DNA of 51,468 nucleotides from Pseudomonadota bacterium (GTDB lineage Bacteria > Pseudomonadota > Gammaproteobacteria > Steroidobacterales > Steroidobacteraceae). This document shows, in pieces, positions 43,486-51,468 of the stretch (positions within the stretch are counted from its first letter, which is position 1; the number at the start of each line of letters is the position of its first letter). Made by a program: the position numbers and the translations under genes. The notes beneath the pieces are model-generated. The model had not been told where the DNA came from, made no database searches, and saw nothing but the letters and a program-made list of their open reading frames with translations. Where the stretch lies: the NCBI GenBank assembly GCA_021797465.1, contig JAJZZR010000254.1:1-51468 (forward strand), read 5' to 3'.

Positions 43486-44577
43486 ATGCCGGTTGCAAGC
43501 TATGTAGAGAGCAATTTCACCACCCAGGATTCGACCACCTACAAGTCGGCCATCGATGGCAACGGCAGTGTGCTGGCGCGTCTTGCCGCGCCCTTCGCAC
43601 CCCACGCGCAGGCGACAGCCAACATGACGGTTGCCGTCGATGCCGGCGCGGTGTTCACGGGTGGCGCCCTGACGATCGTGGCGATGCAGAGCACCGGCAC
43701 GATCGCAGCGCCCATTTCCCACCCGCGCATCGACCGCGTGGTGATCGATGCCATGACCGGGAGCATCGCCACGGTGACCGGTACGGAATCGGCAACACCT
43801 GTGCCGCCCGCGATCCCGGCAGGCTTCCTGCCCATCGCCCAGGTCTTGCTGCAGCCGGGAATTGCCGGCATCACCAATGCCATGATCACGGATGAGCGCA
43901 TCACCGGCAACCTGCAACCGGCAGCCGGTGTGCGGGTCTTGGCGCAGAACGCCGTGCCGTTGTCGTTCGTCGCGGTGGCATCGACATTTACGAGCGCCAT
44001 TTACGCGACCAACGCAGGCAACGTGCAGTTGTCCAGCACAGGCGTGCATGGGCTGACGGCAACGCCTGCAGTCGGCGCCAATGTATATGTCACGTGGGCA
44101 GGTGGCGCCGGTGTGTCGGGTTTCTACAAAGTGTTGTCGGTGGACAGCACCACGGCGTTCACCCTTCAACTGCCCTATGCCACGGGGCTGGGGACGCCGA
44201 CGGTGACGCCCGTGGCCACCGACGTGGTGATGGCGAGCATCCCGATTCCGGCAGGATCCTTGTCCGTCAACGGGTCGCTCGAGTGCCACACCTTCTTCGA
44301 CGGCACGTCGTCGGCAAACAGCAAGACCACGTCCTGGTATGTCGGCGCAAGCCGCATCGATTCCAATACGTTCACGACCAGTCCGCAGCCTGACCACTGG
44401 TGGATCATCAACCGGGGGGCGATCAACAGCCAGATGTATTCGCTCAACGACACCTCCATCGCCGGCGGCTACAGCGTCGATTTCTCGCAGAGCCAGACGC
44501 TCACGCTGCGAGCGCAGGCGGCCGCAGCCAACGAATTGATCACCTTGGAAGGGTCCGTGATTCGCGCCGATTACTGA
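43486..44577 (+). CDS. Tail fibre-like / receptor-binding candidate (363 aa)
   Basis: Last gene of the tail operon. AGGTGAGGA SD before the ATG at 43486. Thr/Ala/Gly-rich. Confidence 0.55.
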   Translation: MPVASYVESNFTTQDSTTYKSAIDGNGSVLARLAAPFAPHAQATANMTVAVDAGAVFTGGALTIVAMQSTGTIAAPISHPRIDRVVIDAMTGSIATVTGTESATPVPPAIPAGFLPIAQVLLQPGIAGITNAMITDERITGNLQPAAGVRVLAQNAVPLSFVAVASTFTSAIYATNAGNVQLSSTGVHGLTATPAVGANVYVTWAGGAGVSGFYKVLSVDSTTAFTLQLPYATGLGTPTVTPVATDVVMASIPIPAGSLSVNGSLECHTFFDGTSSANSKTTSWYVGASRIDSNTFTTSPQPDHWWIINRGAINSQMYSLNDTSIAGGYSVDFSQSQTLTLRAQAAAANELITLEGSVIRADY

Positions 44578-44601
44578 CGATTTCATCCGATCGATCCACC
44601 C

Positions 44602-44623
44602 ACCGCCTACGGGCGGTTTTTTT
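44602..44623 (+). terminator. Rho-independent terminator after the tail operon
   Basis: ACCGCC, loop TACG, GGCGGT running into TTTTTTT. Confidence 0.75.
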
Positions 44624-44643
44624 ACGTCTGAAAGGAGCATGAC

Positions 44644-44892
44644 ATGACCGACATCCAGCAAACCCTGGAGACCCTGCGCGCCGAGATCGACAAGATCGAA
44701 TCGCCGGAATTCCGCCTGCTCGCCCACTACATCGAAGCCTTCCACCAGAAGCATTCGGAGGAGATGAACGAGATGAAACAGACCTTCCTCGCCGCCAAGT
44801 TCGGCGCACGCGCCGTCATGTGGCTGTCGGTGGTCGGTAGCGGCATCGCCGTGATCTGGGCGGTCATCCATGGCCACGGGGTGATCAAATGA
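44644..44892 (+). CDS. Small membrane-anchored protein (82 aa), holin candidate
   Basis: AAGGAG SD. Coiled-coil N-terminus and a single C-terminal TM (AVMWLSVVGSGIAVIWAVI). Confidence 0.5.
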   Translation: MTDIQQTLETLRAEIDKIESPEFRLLAHYIEAFHQKHSEEMNEMKQTFLAAKFGARAVMWLSVVGSGIAVIWAVIHGHGVIK

Positions 44893-45455
44893 ACGCCATC
44901 CTCTCGTCCCTCGGCATCCTGCACGAGAGTGCCGAGCAGACCCGACTCATCACCCCCTACGCCGACGGACTCTCGGCCTTCGAGGCGTATCTCACAAGTT
45001 CGGCGCAGCCGGGGGCGCGGCTTCGCACCATGATCTACGGCTGCACCCTGCAACCGTTCTTCGATGCGCTGATCACGGCGCACACGGCCGGGTGCGACGT
45101 GCGGCTGATCTTCGACCACACCCAGGCGGCCGGACGCGCCGAGACGCCGCAGATCGAGCGACTCATGACTGCGGGGCTGGTGGACGGGGAGCACTTCCTC
45201 ATCGGCACCTCGCCCGTGCACCACCAGATCGTACATCTCAAAGCCACCGTCATTCGCACACCAGATGGAAAGGCGATGGTCGAGGACGGTTCCTGGAACT
45301 ACTCGGTGAGTGCCAGCCAGCAGTTGAACGACCTGTGCTTCACCGAATCCGACGCGCTCGCCCGCTATTACGAGCAGGCCTTCGACCGGCTGTGGGATTG
45401 GGTGAAAGCCAACGAACCGCAGTATCAGAAATCCACCACGGAGGATAAAAAATGA
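44889..45455 (+). CDS. PLD-superfamily (single HKD, Nuc-like) protein
   Basis: VHLKATVIRTPDGKAMVEDGSWNYS (HxK...GSxN). ATGA overlaps on both sides. Confidence 0.8.
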   Translation: MNAILSSLGILHESAEQTRLITPYADGLSAFEAYLTSSAQPGARLRTMIYGCTLQPFFDALITAHTAGCDVRLIFDHTQAAGRAETPQIERLMTAGLVDGEHFLIGTSPVHHQIVHLKATVIRTPDGKAMVEDGSWNYSVSASQQLNDLCFTESDALARYYEQAFDRLWDWVKANEPQYQKSTTEDKK

Positions 45456-45901
45456 ACCCACCCATGACCTACAGCAAAGCCGGGATACAAATCACCGAGC
45501 GCTTCGAGGGCTGCCGGCTCGCCGCCTATCCCGACACCGGCGGCGTGTGGACGATCGGCTACGGCCATACCCATGGCGTTCACCAAGGCATGACCTGCAC
45601 CCTGCAGCAGGCGGAGGCTTGGCTCAGAGAGGATATCCAGGCGGCCGCCGATGCGGTCAACCGCCTAGTGAAGATTTCACTCAAGCAGTCCGAGTTCGAC
45701 GCGCTGGTGGACTTCGTCTTCAACCTCGGCGCCGGCGCCTTCGCCCGCTCGACGATGTTGAAAGACATCAACGCCGGGAACTTCGCCGCCGCAGCCCTGC
45801 AGTTTCCGCTGTGGGACCGGAATGCGGGACGGGTGCTGGCAGGACTCCTGCACCGGCGTCTGGCCGAAGAGGCCGAGTTCAAGGAGGAGAAAACCGCATG
45901 A
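45452..45901 (+). CDS. Endolysin, GH24 (T4/lambda-type) lysozyme
   Basis: ITERFEGCRLAAYPDTGGVWTIGYGHT and EFDALVDFVFNLG. Confidence 0.9.
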   Translation: MNPPMTYSKAGIQITERFEGCRLAAYPDTGGVWTIGYGHTHGVHQGMTCTLQQAEAWLREDIQAAADAVNRLVKISLKQSEFDALVDFVFNLGAGAFARSTMLKDINAGNFAAAALQFPLWDRNAGRVLAGLLHRRLAEEAEFKEEKTA

Positions 45902-46134
45902 TGAAGTTGCTCAAAGATTGCTTCACCACGGCGGATGGCGAGAGCTTCGACATCGGGCGCGTGCTCTGGGCTCAGGGGGTAATCGTGTTCCTGGGGCTCG
46001 CCATCTACAGCGTGGTCGGCCAGGGTCATCCCTTCGACATGCAGGCGTTCGGCATCGGCCTGGGGGCGACCCTTGCCGCCGGGGGAGCAGCGCTGGGTTT
46101 GAAGGCCAAGACCGAACCGGGAGGTGGTGCGTGA
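45898..46134 (+). CDS. Two-TM small membrane protein (78 aa), holin/antiholin candidate
   Basis: Hydrophobic segments VLWAQGVIVFLGLAIYSVV and FGIGLGATLAAGGAALGL. ATGA coupling to the endolysin. Confidence 0.6.
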   Translation: MMKLLKDCFTTADGESFDIGRVLWAQGVIVFLGLAIYSVVGQGHPFDMQAFGIGLGATLAAGGAALGLKAKTEPGGGA

Positions 46135-46655
46135 TGTTTCCGATCCTCGACATTATGAAACTGTTGCCGTGGCGGCTGATCGGCGTGGCTGCCTTGGCAC
46201 TCGCTGTGTTCGCGGGCGGCTATCGCTACGGCGAGCAGCGCATCACCGCCCAATGGGATGCCGAAAAAGCTGCGCAAGCCCAGGCCGCGGCCAAGCAGGC
46301 TGCGCAGGTCTCTGCCGTCACCACCCATCAATCCACCATCAACCAGGAGATTTTGAATGAATTTGAAAACGAGAAAGCCGAAATTGTGGCGGATCGCCGC
46401 CATCTGCTTGCCCGCGTTCCTCGGCGCGTGCGCCACCACGCCGCAACCCATTCCAGCGCAGTGCCCGAAGTTCCCCCCGTTGCCGCTCGAACTGATGCAG
46501 CCCCCGCCGACGCTGTACCTGCTGCCGGACAGCAAGACGCCGCTGCCACCTGCAACCAATTAGCCGAGGATGCGGCGCAAACGACGCTAATGGTGGTGGA
46601 GTTTCAGAGGTGGTACCGGGAGCAGGCTGGGGCATACGCAGCACCTCACGAGTAA
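46134..46655 (+). CDS. i-spanin (Rz-like)
   Basis: N-terminal TM (WRLIGVAALALAVFAGG), coiled-coil periplasmic part, and an o-spanin gene embedded in the +1 frame. Confidence 0.75.
   Translation: MFPILDIMKLLPWRLIGVAALALAVFAGGYRYGEQRITAQWDAEKAAQAQAAAKQAAQVSAVTTHQSTINQEILNEFENEKAEIVADRRHLLARVPRRVRHHAATHSSAVPEVPPVAARTDAAPADAVPAAGQQDAAATCNQLAEDAAQTTLMVVEFQRWYREQAGAYAAPHE
46357..46563 (+). CDS. o-spanin (Rz1-like lipoprotein), embedded in the i-spanin gene
   Basis: AGGAGA SD. Lipobox FLGAC after a signal peptide. Pro-rich mature part. Confidence 0.75.
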   Translation: MNLKTRKPKLWRIAAICLPAFLGACATTPQPIPAQCPKFPPLPLELMQPPPTLYLLPDSKTPLPPATN

Positions 46656-46688
46656 ACGACACTACACTTTTGGCCGATCACGAACGCG

Positions 46689-46817
46689 ATGACTGCTGCG
46701 GTTGGCCATCCGCTCAACCTGCCGTCACTCGACCTCGGGCCGCTGGCCGCGCTCACGCTCGGCATGCTGGGGCTGGGCGGGCTGCATGTGGCGGAGCGGG
46801 TGAAGGGGGCGGCGTAG
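46689..46817 (+). CDS. Possible 42-aa hydrophobic peptide at the phage right end
   Basis: ATG...TAG ORF encoding MTAAVGHPLNLPSLDLGPLAALTLGMLGLGGLHVAERVKGAA. No clear SD. Confidence 0.25.
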   Translation: MTAAVGHPLNLPSLDLGPLAALTLGMLGLGGLHVAERVKGAA

Positions 46818-46890
46818 GGGAATGCTACCTACATGAAGTTGCGGAGTGGCGCGAAGCCGAAGTCTTGCCGACGATATGTCGATAACGACA

Positions 46891-49800
46891 TCACCACTCA
46901 GCCGGTTTGGCTTGTTTGACCGCCATTGCCTCGGTCATCCCACAGACGCTGACAAAGTCGCAATCCGCGCAGCGCCGCTTTCCCTCTCCTCGGTCGGCCG
47001 GACCTTGATGAAATGCGCGGTCGCGGATACGCGATGCGGTCGAGGCGACTGTCTTTCTCGCCTGATTGAGTGCATCCTCGTCCAAAGGTACCCGCAATTC
47101 CGCATTATCCTTGCCATCGGCGTCAAGGTATCGGACCAGCCCTTGCTCTGGCTGATATTCGAGCTCCTTCTTGGCTGCAACAGCGTACAGCGAGACTTGC
47201 AGCTTCATCTCCTCCTCGTCGAGCTTCTGATGCCTGTCAGAATCTGGGTCGCCTGATTTGAAGTCGATCAATGTGACCCGAGGCGGGTCGTCCTGCCGAA
47301 CGATGTCGATCGCGCCGGAGACCAGCGCACCGCCGTTGCCGTCCTCATGCTCGATCAGTGTCTCGAATTCCTTCTCCGGCTCGAATGTCAGTCGTCCCAG
47401 CTCACCTGCATATTGTTGAACATAGTCGGCAACGATCTTCAGACCCTTGGCCCTCATGTTGTCCGCGGGATCGCCAGTCGTGTATCGGAGATAGAAGAGC
47501 CCTTGATCCAGTAGTTTTTGAATTTCCTTTTCCAACTGCTTCCGGTTTGAAGCGAGTGCTGCCCATTTTTTCGGATCGGCATGAATCGCCCGCATCAAGT
47601 TGTGCACGCCGCGCCCGTAACCGAAAGCTTGATCAATGGTAGGCGCGAAACCGAGCACCTTGCGCAGGTAGAAGTCGTGAGGACACTCAAGGTAGTAGCG
47701 CAGGTCGGAGAACGAGGTGCTCAACCTGACATCGCGACGATGTTCCTTGGGCGCATATCTGAGCGCATCGAGCAATTCGCCGGATGCCGAGGTAACCATT
47801 CCGCCGATCTCGGCGACGACGGACTTCAATTCCTTGATGAACTTCGAGGTTCTGCTCCCGGAGTGGCTGATGAACAAAAAGCGCTCCGCACGGGTCATGG
47901 CGACATACATAAGGCGCCGTTCGCCGTCGTGGTTCTTATTATCGGCAAGCCCGGCAATGTCGATTTTCTTCACGATGTCACCGTCCAACGGCAGCTGGGG
48001 GACCCTGGAGGCGAAACTGCTTGGAAAACGTTGAGCGTTCACGTCTGCAAGGAATACGGCCGGGAACTCAAGCCCCTTGACGGCATGAATGGTGCTTATG
48101 GTGACGGCATCCGGCCGGACCATGAGGGGCTGCTCTTCGACTCGACCTTCCTCCGCCCCATACTGACAAAGCCCGATGATCTGCCAAGCGTAATCCTTTG
48201 CGCTGGTCCAGCCCGGCGTTTCTATACCCGTAATCAGCGAGCTGAGCGCACCTAAATGGAACAGCGCGGCCTGTCCCCGGCCGGAATCGGTATCCCAAGC
48301 ATCGACTTCCGCCTCCGACAGCAAGAGATGGAATAGCTGCTGGGGGAAAACCCGCCTCAGTGCGTTACGTGCCTTCAAAAAGGTACGCAGTTTCGGCGTG
48401 CGGAAAATCACGGCCTCGCTTGAGCTGAGTTGCCCACCCTCACCGACGCGTCGGCAGATTGCGCGCGCAGCGCGCAAAACGCGATCCTCCACGTCTCTGT
48501 CGAAGGGTAAGCCTGTCTGGCGCAAGGCTTTGGCAGCTTCCTTCAGTACCGTTTCAGGTTCCGGTGCACAACCGAGAACAGTATCGATCCGTTTCGGAAG
48601 ACTTTTCGGGTTGATCTCCGAACCGATGAACACCTGACAGCCCGCTGAGATCGCCAGCGCAGCTATGAAGAACAATATCTCCGGCTGGGAGAACAGATCC
48701 GGACCTGCCCGGACGACGCACGGAATCCCAGAGGACTCAAGGGCTTTCATGTAGGTGCGAACGTCAGTGGAGGACCGAACCAGGATAGCCATGTCCGAAA
48801 GGGTGAGCCCTCGGTGCGATCCGTCCTTCTTGTCGTGCAGGGCGCCTTCCGCCTCGGACGGAACCAATATGCGGATGGCCTCCGCAATCCATCCAGCTTC
48901 TTGCATCCGATCGTTGAAGCTGACCAGCGCCATGTGCGATGGGTGCTGATCCTTTCGCGCCTTGTTCCCGGCCTTCATTGCCGGAGTCTTCATCGTCCTG
49001 ATAGGTGAGATGCTTTCGGCCCACCTGTTTGCGAGTGCGATGATCCGAGGTGTCGAGCGGAAATTCTCCTCAAGATCTACGACCTGAGCCTCGGAAGACT
49101 TGGCAAACAGCTCCCACAACTCGGCGATGATCTCGACCTTGGCGCCACGAAATCCGTAAATCGACTGCCGATGATCACCGACCGCCGTCAGGCGGCCGCT
49201 TGATTCCGCGAGGAGATCGATCAGTCTCCGTTGAACCGGGTTGATATCCTGAACCTCGTCGACGACGAGATGAATCCGCCGGTCCACGATCTCCTGTCGC
49301 CGTTTTGCATCCGACCGGAGCCGCCGGAGAAATTCGGTCTGCGACGTGCTGAAATCGAGAAAGCGGCGGCACCGGAGGTAGGCATAGTAGCGCGCCGCTG
49401 CCCGGGAGAACGCCATAGCCTCGTCCGTGCCGCCAACATCGGTCAGTAATCGCGCCGCCTTACACCATTCGCTTTCCGGTTCCCCGAGATCGGCCGGCGG
49501 GTGTTCCGAGGACAGCTCGACTTCGAAACCATCGTTCTCGTGCAACTGGTCGTAGGCCTGGATGAAGTTTTCAAGCGTTGCGAACTGACCTTTGCCGGTT
49601 GCCTCCTTGAGGGACTTCAAGCCAAGCAGGCCGTTGAAACCGCGCAGGATCAATGCCGCACGCGCCCCTTCGTCCAGAATGTCGTAATTGTGATAGTCGT
49701 CCGACCAATATTCCCGGATCTTCGCCAGACAGTAGCCGTGGATTGTCCCCACGTACATCCCGCCGAGAGATACCTCTTCACCGACCGGCGTAATCGCTTC

Positions 49801-50046
49801 CAGCCAACTGCGGATGCGAAATTTCATTTCCTCAGCGGCGCGCTCGGTGAAGGTGAACGCGACGATCGCATCTGTGGAGACACCCTCGATGCCGACCCAC
49901 CAGGCGATCCGCCGCGCCATGACTTCGGTTTTTCCCGACCCTGCTCCGGCCACCACCAGCACATGGCGCTTTGAAGAGGTGACCGCCCGGCATTGGGCAT
50001 CGGTCAGGTCCTTTCGCAGGACCGAGGCGATCTGTTCGCGATCCAT
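46891..50046 (-). CDS. UvrD/PcrA-type SF1 helicase fused to a C-terminal Cas4/AddB-like PD-(D/E)XK nuclease with a 4-Cys cluster (1051 aa)
   Basis: AGAGSGKTE, VDEVQD, TIHAVKGLEFPAVF, YVAMTRAE. C-terminus has ECPHD, IDFKSG, QVSLYAVA and CADCDFVSVC. Confidence 0.9.
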   Translation of the reverse strand: MDREQIASVLRKDLTDAQCRAVTSSKRHVLVVAGAGSGKTEVMARRIAWWVGIEGVSTDAIVAFTFTERAAEEMKFRIRSWLEAITPVGEEVSLGGMYVGTIHGYCLAKIREYWSDDYHNYDILDEGARAALILRGFNGLLGLKSLKEATGKGQFATLENFIQAYDQLHENDGFEVELSSEHPPADLGEPESEWCKAARLLTDVGGTDEAMAFSRAAARYYAYLRCRRFLDFSTSQTEFLRRLRSDAKRRQEIVDRRIHLVVDEVQDINPVQRRLIDLLAESSGRLTAVGDHRQSIYGFRGAKVEIIAELWELFAKSSEAQVVDLEENFRSTPRIIALANRWAESISPIRTMKTPAMKAGNKARKDQHPSHMALVSFNDRMQEAGWIAEAIRILVPSEAEGALHDKKDGSHRGLTLSDMAILVRSSTDVRTYMKALESSGIPCVVRAGPDLFSQPEILFFIAALAISAGCQVFIGSEINPKSLPKRIDTVLGCAPEPETVLKEAAKALRQTGLPFDRDVEDRVLRAARAICRRVGEGGQLSSSEAVIFRTPKLRTFLKARNALRRVFPQQLFHLLLSEAEVDAWDTDSGRGQAALFHLGALSSLITGIETPGWTSAKDYAWQIIGLCQYGAEEGRVEEQPLMVRPDAVTISTIHAVKGLEFPAVFLADVNAQRFPSSFASRVPQLPLDGDIVKKIDIAGLADNKNHDGERRLMYVAMTRAERFLFISHSGSRTSKFIKELKSVVAEIGGMVTSASGELLDALRYAPKEHRRDVRLSTSFSDLRYYLECPHDFYLRKVLGFAPTIDQAFGYGRGVHNLMRAIHADPKKWAALASNRKQLEKEIQKLLDQGLFYLRYTTGDPADNMRAKGLKIVADYVQQYAGELGRLTFEPEKEFETLIEHEDGNGGALVSGAIDIVRQDDPPRVTLIDFKSGDPDSDRHQKLDEEEMKLQVSLYAVAAKKELEYQPEQGLVRYLDADGKDNAELRVPLDEDALNQARKTVASTASRIRDRAFHQGPADRGEGKRRCADCDFVSVCGMTEAMAVKQAKPAEW

Positions 50047-50058
50047 GGCTTCCCTTGG

Positions 50059-50532
50059 TCAGTTGGTTCGTGCTTTGCCGCTTGCGTCGGCTGACGCGCG
50101 AGCGCCTTTATCCGGGGACCGAACGACCGCCGATCGTATTCGATCGACGACGGACCCAAGGTCGTCTTCCACTTCGTGCTCCCAACACCGCAACACCGTC
50201 CAGCCGAGCTTCCCAAGCTCGGCGTCCACATCCCGGTCACGCTGCTTGTTACGCACTATCTTCTCGGACCAGAACGTAACATTGGTGGACGGCACCTTGT
50301 AATGCACTTCGCAACCGTGCCAAAAGCAGCCGTCGACGAACACCGCGATCTTGCAGCCCATGAAAGCCAAGTCCGGCCGCCCCGGAATGCTCGGGCGAAT
50401 CCTGTACCGCAACCCTGCATGCCAAAGCGCGCGCCGTAGCGCCATCTCCGGTCCCGTGTCCATGCCGCGGACACGCGCCATCTGTTCCGACTTGGTCAGC
50501 GGGCTCGCTTTGCGTCTTCTCTTTCTCTGCAT
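50059..50532 (-). CDS. vsr: Very-short-patch repair endonuclease
   Basis: RVRGMDTGPEMALRRALWHAGLRYR, AVFVDGCFWHGC, FWSEKIVRNKQRD, WTVLRCWEHE. Confidence 0.92.
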   Translation of the reverse strand: MQRKRRRKASPLTKSEQMARVRGMDTGPEMALRRALWHAGLRYRIRPSIPGRPDLAFMGCKIAVFVDGCFWHGCEVHYKVPSTNVTFWSEKIVRNKQRDRDVDAELGKLGWTVLRCWEHEVEDDLGSVVDRIRSAVVRSPDKGARASADASGKARTN

Positions 50533-50580
50533 CGCGTCATCTCGACCTCATGCACCCTCCGGTGCCGGCGCACATCGTCT

Positions 50581-50598
50581 TTACATTAGCGTTACATT
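50581..50598. promoter_or_regulatory. Direct repeat TTACATT x2 in the divergent promoter region (candidate RHH operator)
   Basis: TTACATT at 50581-50587 and 50592-50598, 11 bp apart, between vsr and the RHH gene. Confidence 0.4.
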
Positions 50599-50613
50599 CC
50601 GATAGGATGCCAC

Positions 50614-50856
50614 GTGACAGGCACAAGGGTCAATCAATTGGGTGACGTCGAACGCAAGACGGAGACCGTGAACTTGCGGCTATCTCCGAGGATGAAGGAG
50701 CTGCTGCGTATCGCGGCCGAGCAGGAGCATCGAACACTATCAAACATGATCGAGGCGCTCGTGCTTGATTACTGCGAAAGCAAGGGGATACCGGTGGAGC
50801 CGGGAGAAAAGGCCGCCGGGACAAAAAAGAGACCCATCACCGCAACTAAAGGGTGA
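50614..50856 (+). CDS. Ribbon-helix-helix (CopG/Arc-like) DNA-binding protein
   Basis: TETVNLRLSPRMKELLRIAAEQEHRTLSNMIEALVLDY (beta strand plus two helices pattern). GTG start. Confidence 0.7.
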   Translation: MTGTRVNQLGDVERKTETVNLRLSPRMKELLRIAAEQEHRTLSNMIEALVLDYCESKGIPVEPGEKAAGTKKRPITATKG

Positions 50857-50876
50857 TTCACACGGCGACCCTCAAG

Positions 50877-51468
50877 ATGAAGAAGAAATCCAGCACACGT
50901 ACGGCCATAGATTTGTTTTCGGGTTGCGGCGGATTAACCCAAGGCCTCCGCGATGCGGGCTTCGCCGTGGGCGCGGCTGTTGAGATCGATGCTCTCGCTG
51001 CGGAAACGTATGCGGCCAACCACCCCGACGTAAAGCTGTTCAACACCGACATAAGGGGCATCCCGGCGTCCGAGATCATGAAGGCTTGCGGTCTTGCAAA
51101 AGGCGAACTCGATCTGCTCGCCGGGTGTCCGCCTTGCCAGGGTTTCTCCCGCATCCGGCTCAACAACAAGAAGGAGCGGATGGACGATCCGCGCAACCGG
51201 CTTATCGACGAGGTCCTCCGCCTGATCGGCGAGCTGCAGCCCAAGGTCGTGATGCTGGAAAACGTGCCCAACCTCGCCCGCTATACTCGCTATCTGAACT
51301 TCAAGAGGGAGCTGCGCAAACTCGGCTACGATGTGGTCGACAAGGTCCTTGATGTCGCGGACTTCGGTGTACCCCAGCGTCGCAAGCGGCTTGTCGTTCT
51401 TGCGTCGCGCCTCGGGCAGATTTCTCACCCCTTGCCGGTCGACGAACGCAAGACGGTTAGAGATGCCA
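50877..51468 (+). CDS. dcm: DNA (cytosine-5) methyltransferase, N-terminal 197 codons (truncated by the window end)
   Basis: Motif I DLFSGCGG, motif IV PPCQGFS, motif VI ENV, motif VIII QRRKR. The frame is open to the last base. Confidence 0.9.
   Translation, partial: MKKKSSTRTAIDLFSGCGGLTQGLRDAGFAVGAAVEIDALAAETYAANHPDVKLFNTDIRGIPASEIMKACGLAKGELDLLAGCPPCQGFSRIRLNNKKERMDDPRNRLIDEVLRLIGELQPKVVMLENVPNLARYTRYLNFKRELRKLGYDVVDKVLDVADFGVPQRRKRLVVLASRLGQISHPLPVDERKTVRDA

Larger units (their letters stand above)
3019..46817. mobile_element. Integrated siphovirus-type prophage with large-serine-recombinase integrase (limits approximate)
   Basis: Contiguous integration, immunity, replication, methylase, packaging, head, tail and lysis modules. 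Flanks change character: an IS30 remnant on the left, and on the right a convergent helicase gene with seemingly lower GC. Confidence 0.75.

Overview
High-GC proteobacterial window, with all family names recalled from motifs because no searches were run. The left edge (1-3000) holds the 3' end of tmRNA (ssrA) with its terminator, a small island (HicB-like antitoxin, CPBP-type membrane protease, alpha/beta hydrolase) and a truncated IS30-family transposase fragment. About 3019-46817 is one apparently complete siphovirus-type prophage of roughly 43.8 kb. Its modules run in this order: (1) large serine recombinase module (HTH protein, recombinase, DUF2924-like), leftward; (2) leftward XRE-ImmA lysogeny operon with a third unknown gene; (3) a self-contained two-gene cassette of unrecognisable proteins; (4) an early/replication operon (excisionase-like HTH, AAA_24-type ATPase, DUF669-like, SF2 helicase, Cas4-like nuclease, Toprim/RepA-like primase-helicase, iteron array, RuvC-like resolvase); (5) a RelE/HTH toxin-antitoxin pair; (6) two tandem ParB-domain DNA methyltransferases; (7) three leftward accessory genes, each behind the same promoter/operator cassette that also precedes the integrase operon; (8) HNH, terminase, portal, S49 protease and HK97-type capsid; (9) head-tail joining genes, tail tube, a chaperone with a -1 frameshift, and the tape measure; (10) a GT1 glycosyltransferase translationally coupled inside the tail operon; (11) GTA-like distal tail genes; (12) a lysis cassette that contains a PLD/HKD-family protein. 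The right edge (46891-51468) is a seemingly lower-GC island: an RHH gene plus a C5 cytosine methyltransferase (cut by the window end), divergent from vsr plus a 1051-aa UvrD-helicase/Cas4-like nuclease fusion. The best candidates for something undescribed are the helicase-nuclease in the restriction slot of the dcm/vsr locus, the two-gene cassette at 8312-10514, the repeated regulatory cassette with its leftward cargo genes, the tail-operon glycosyltransferase, and the PLD-like gene in the lysis cassette.
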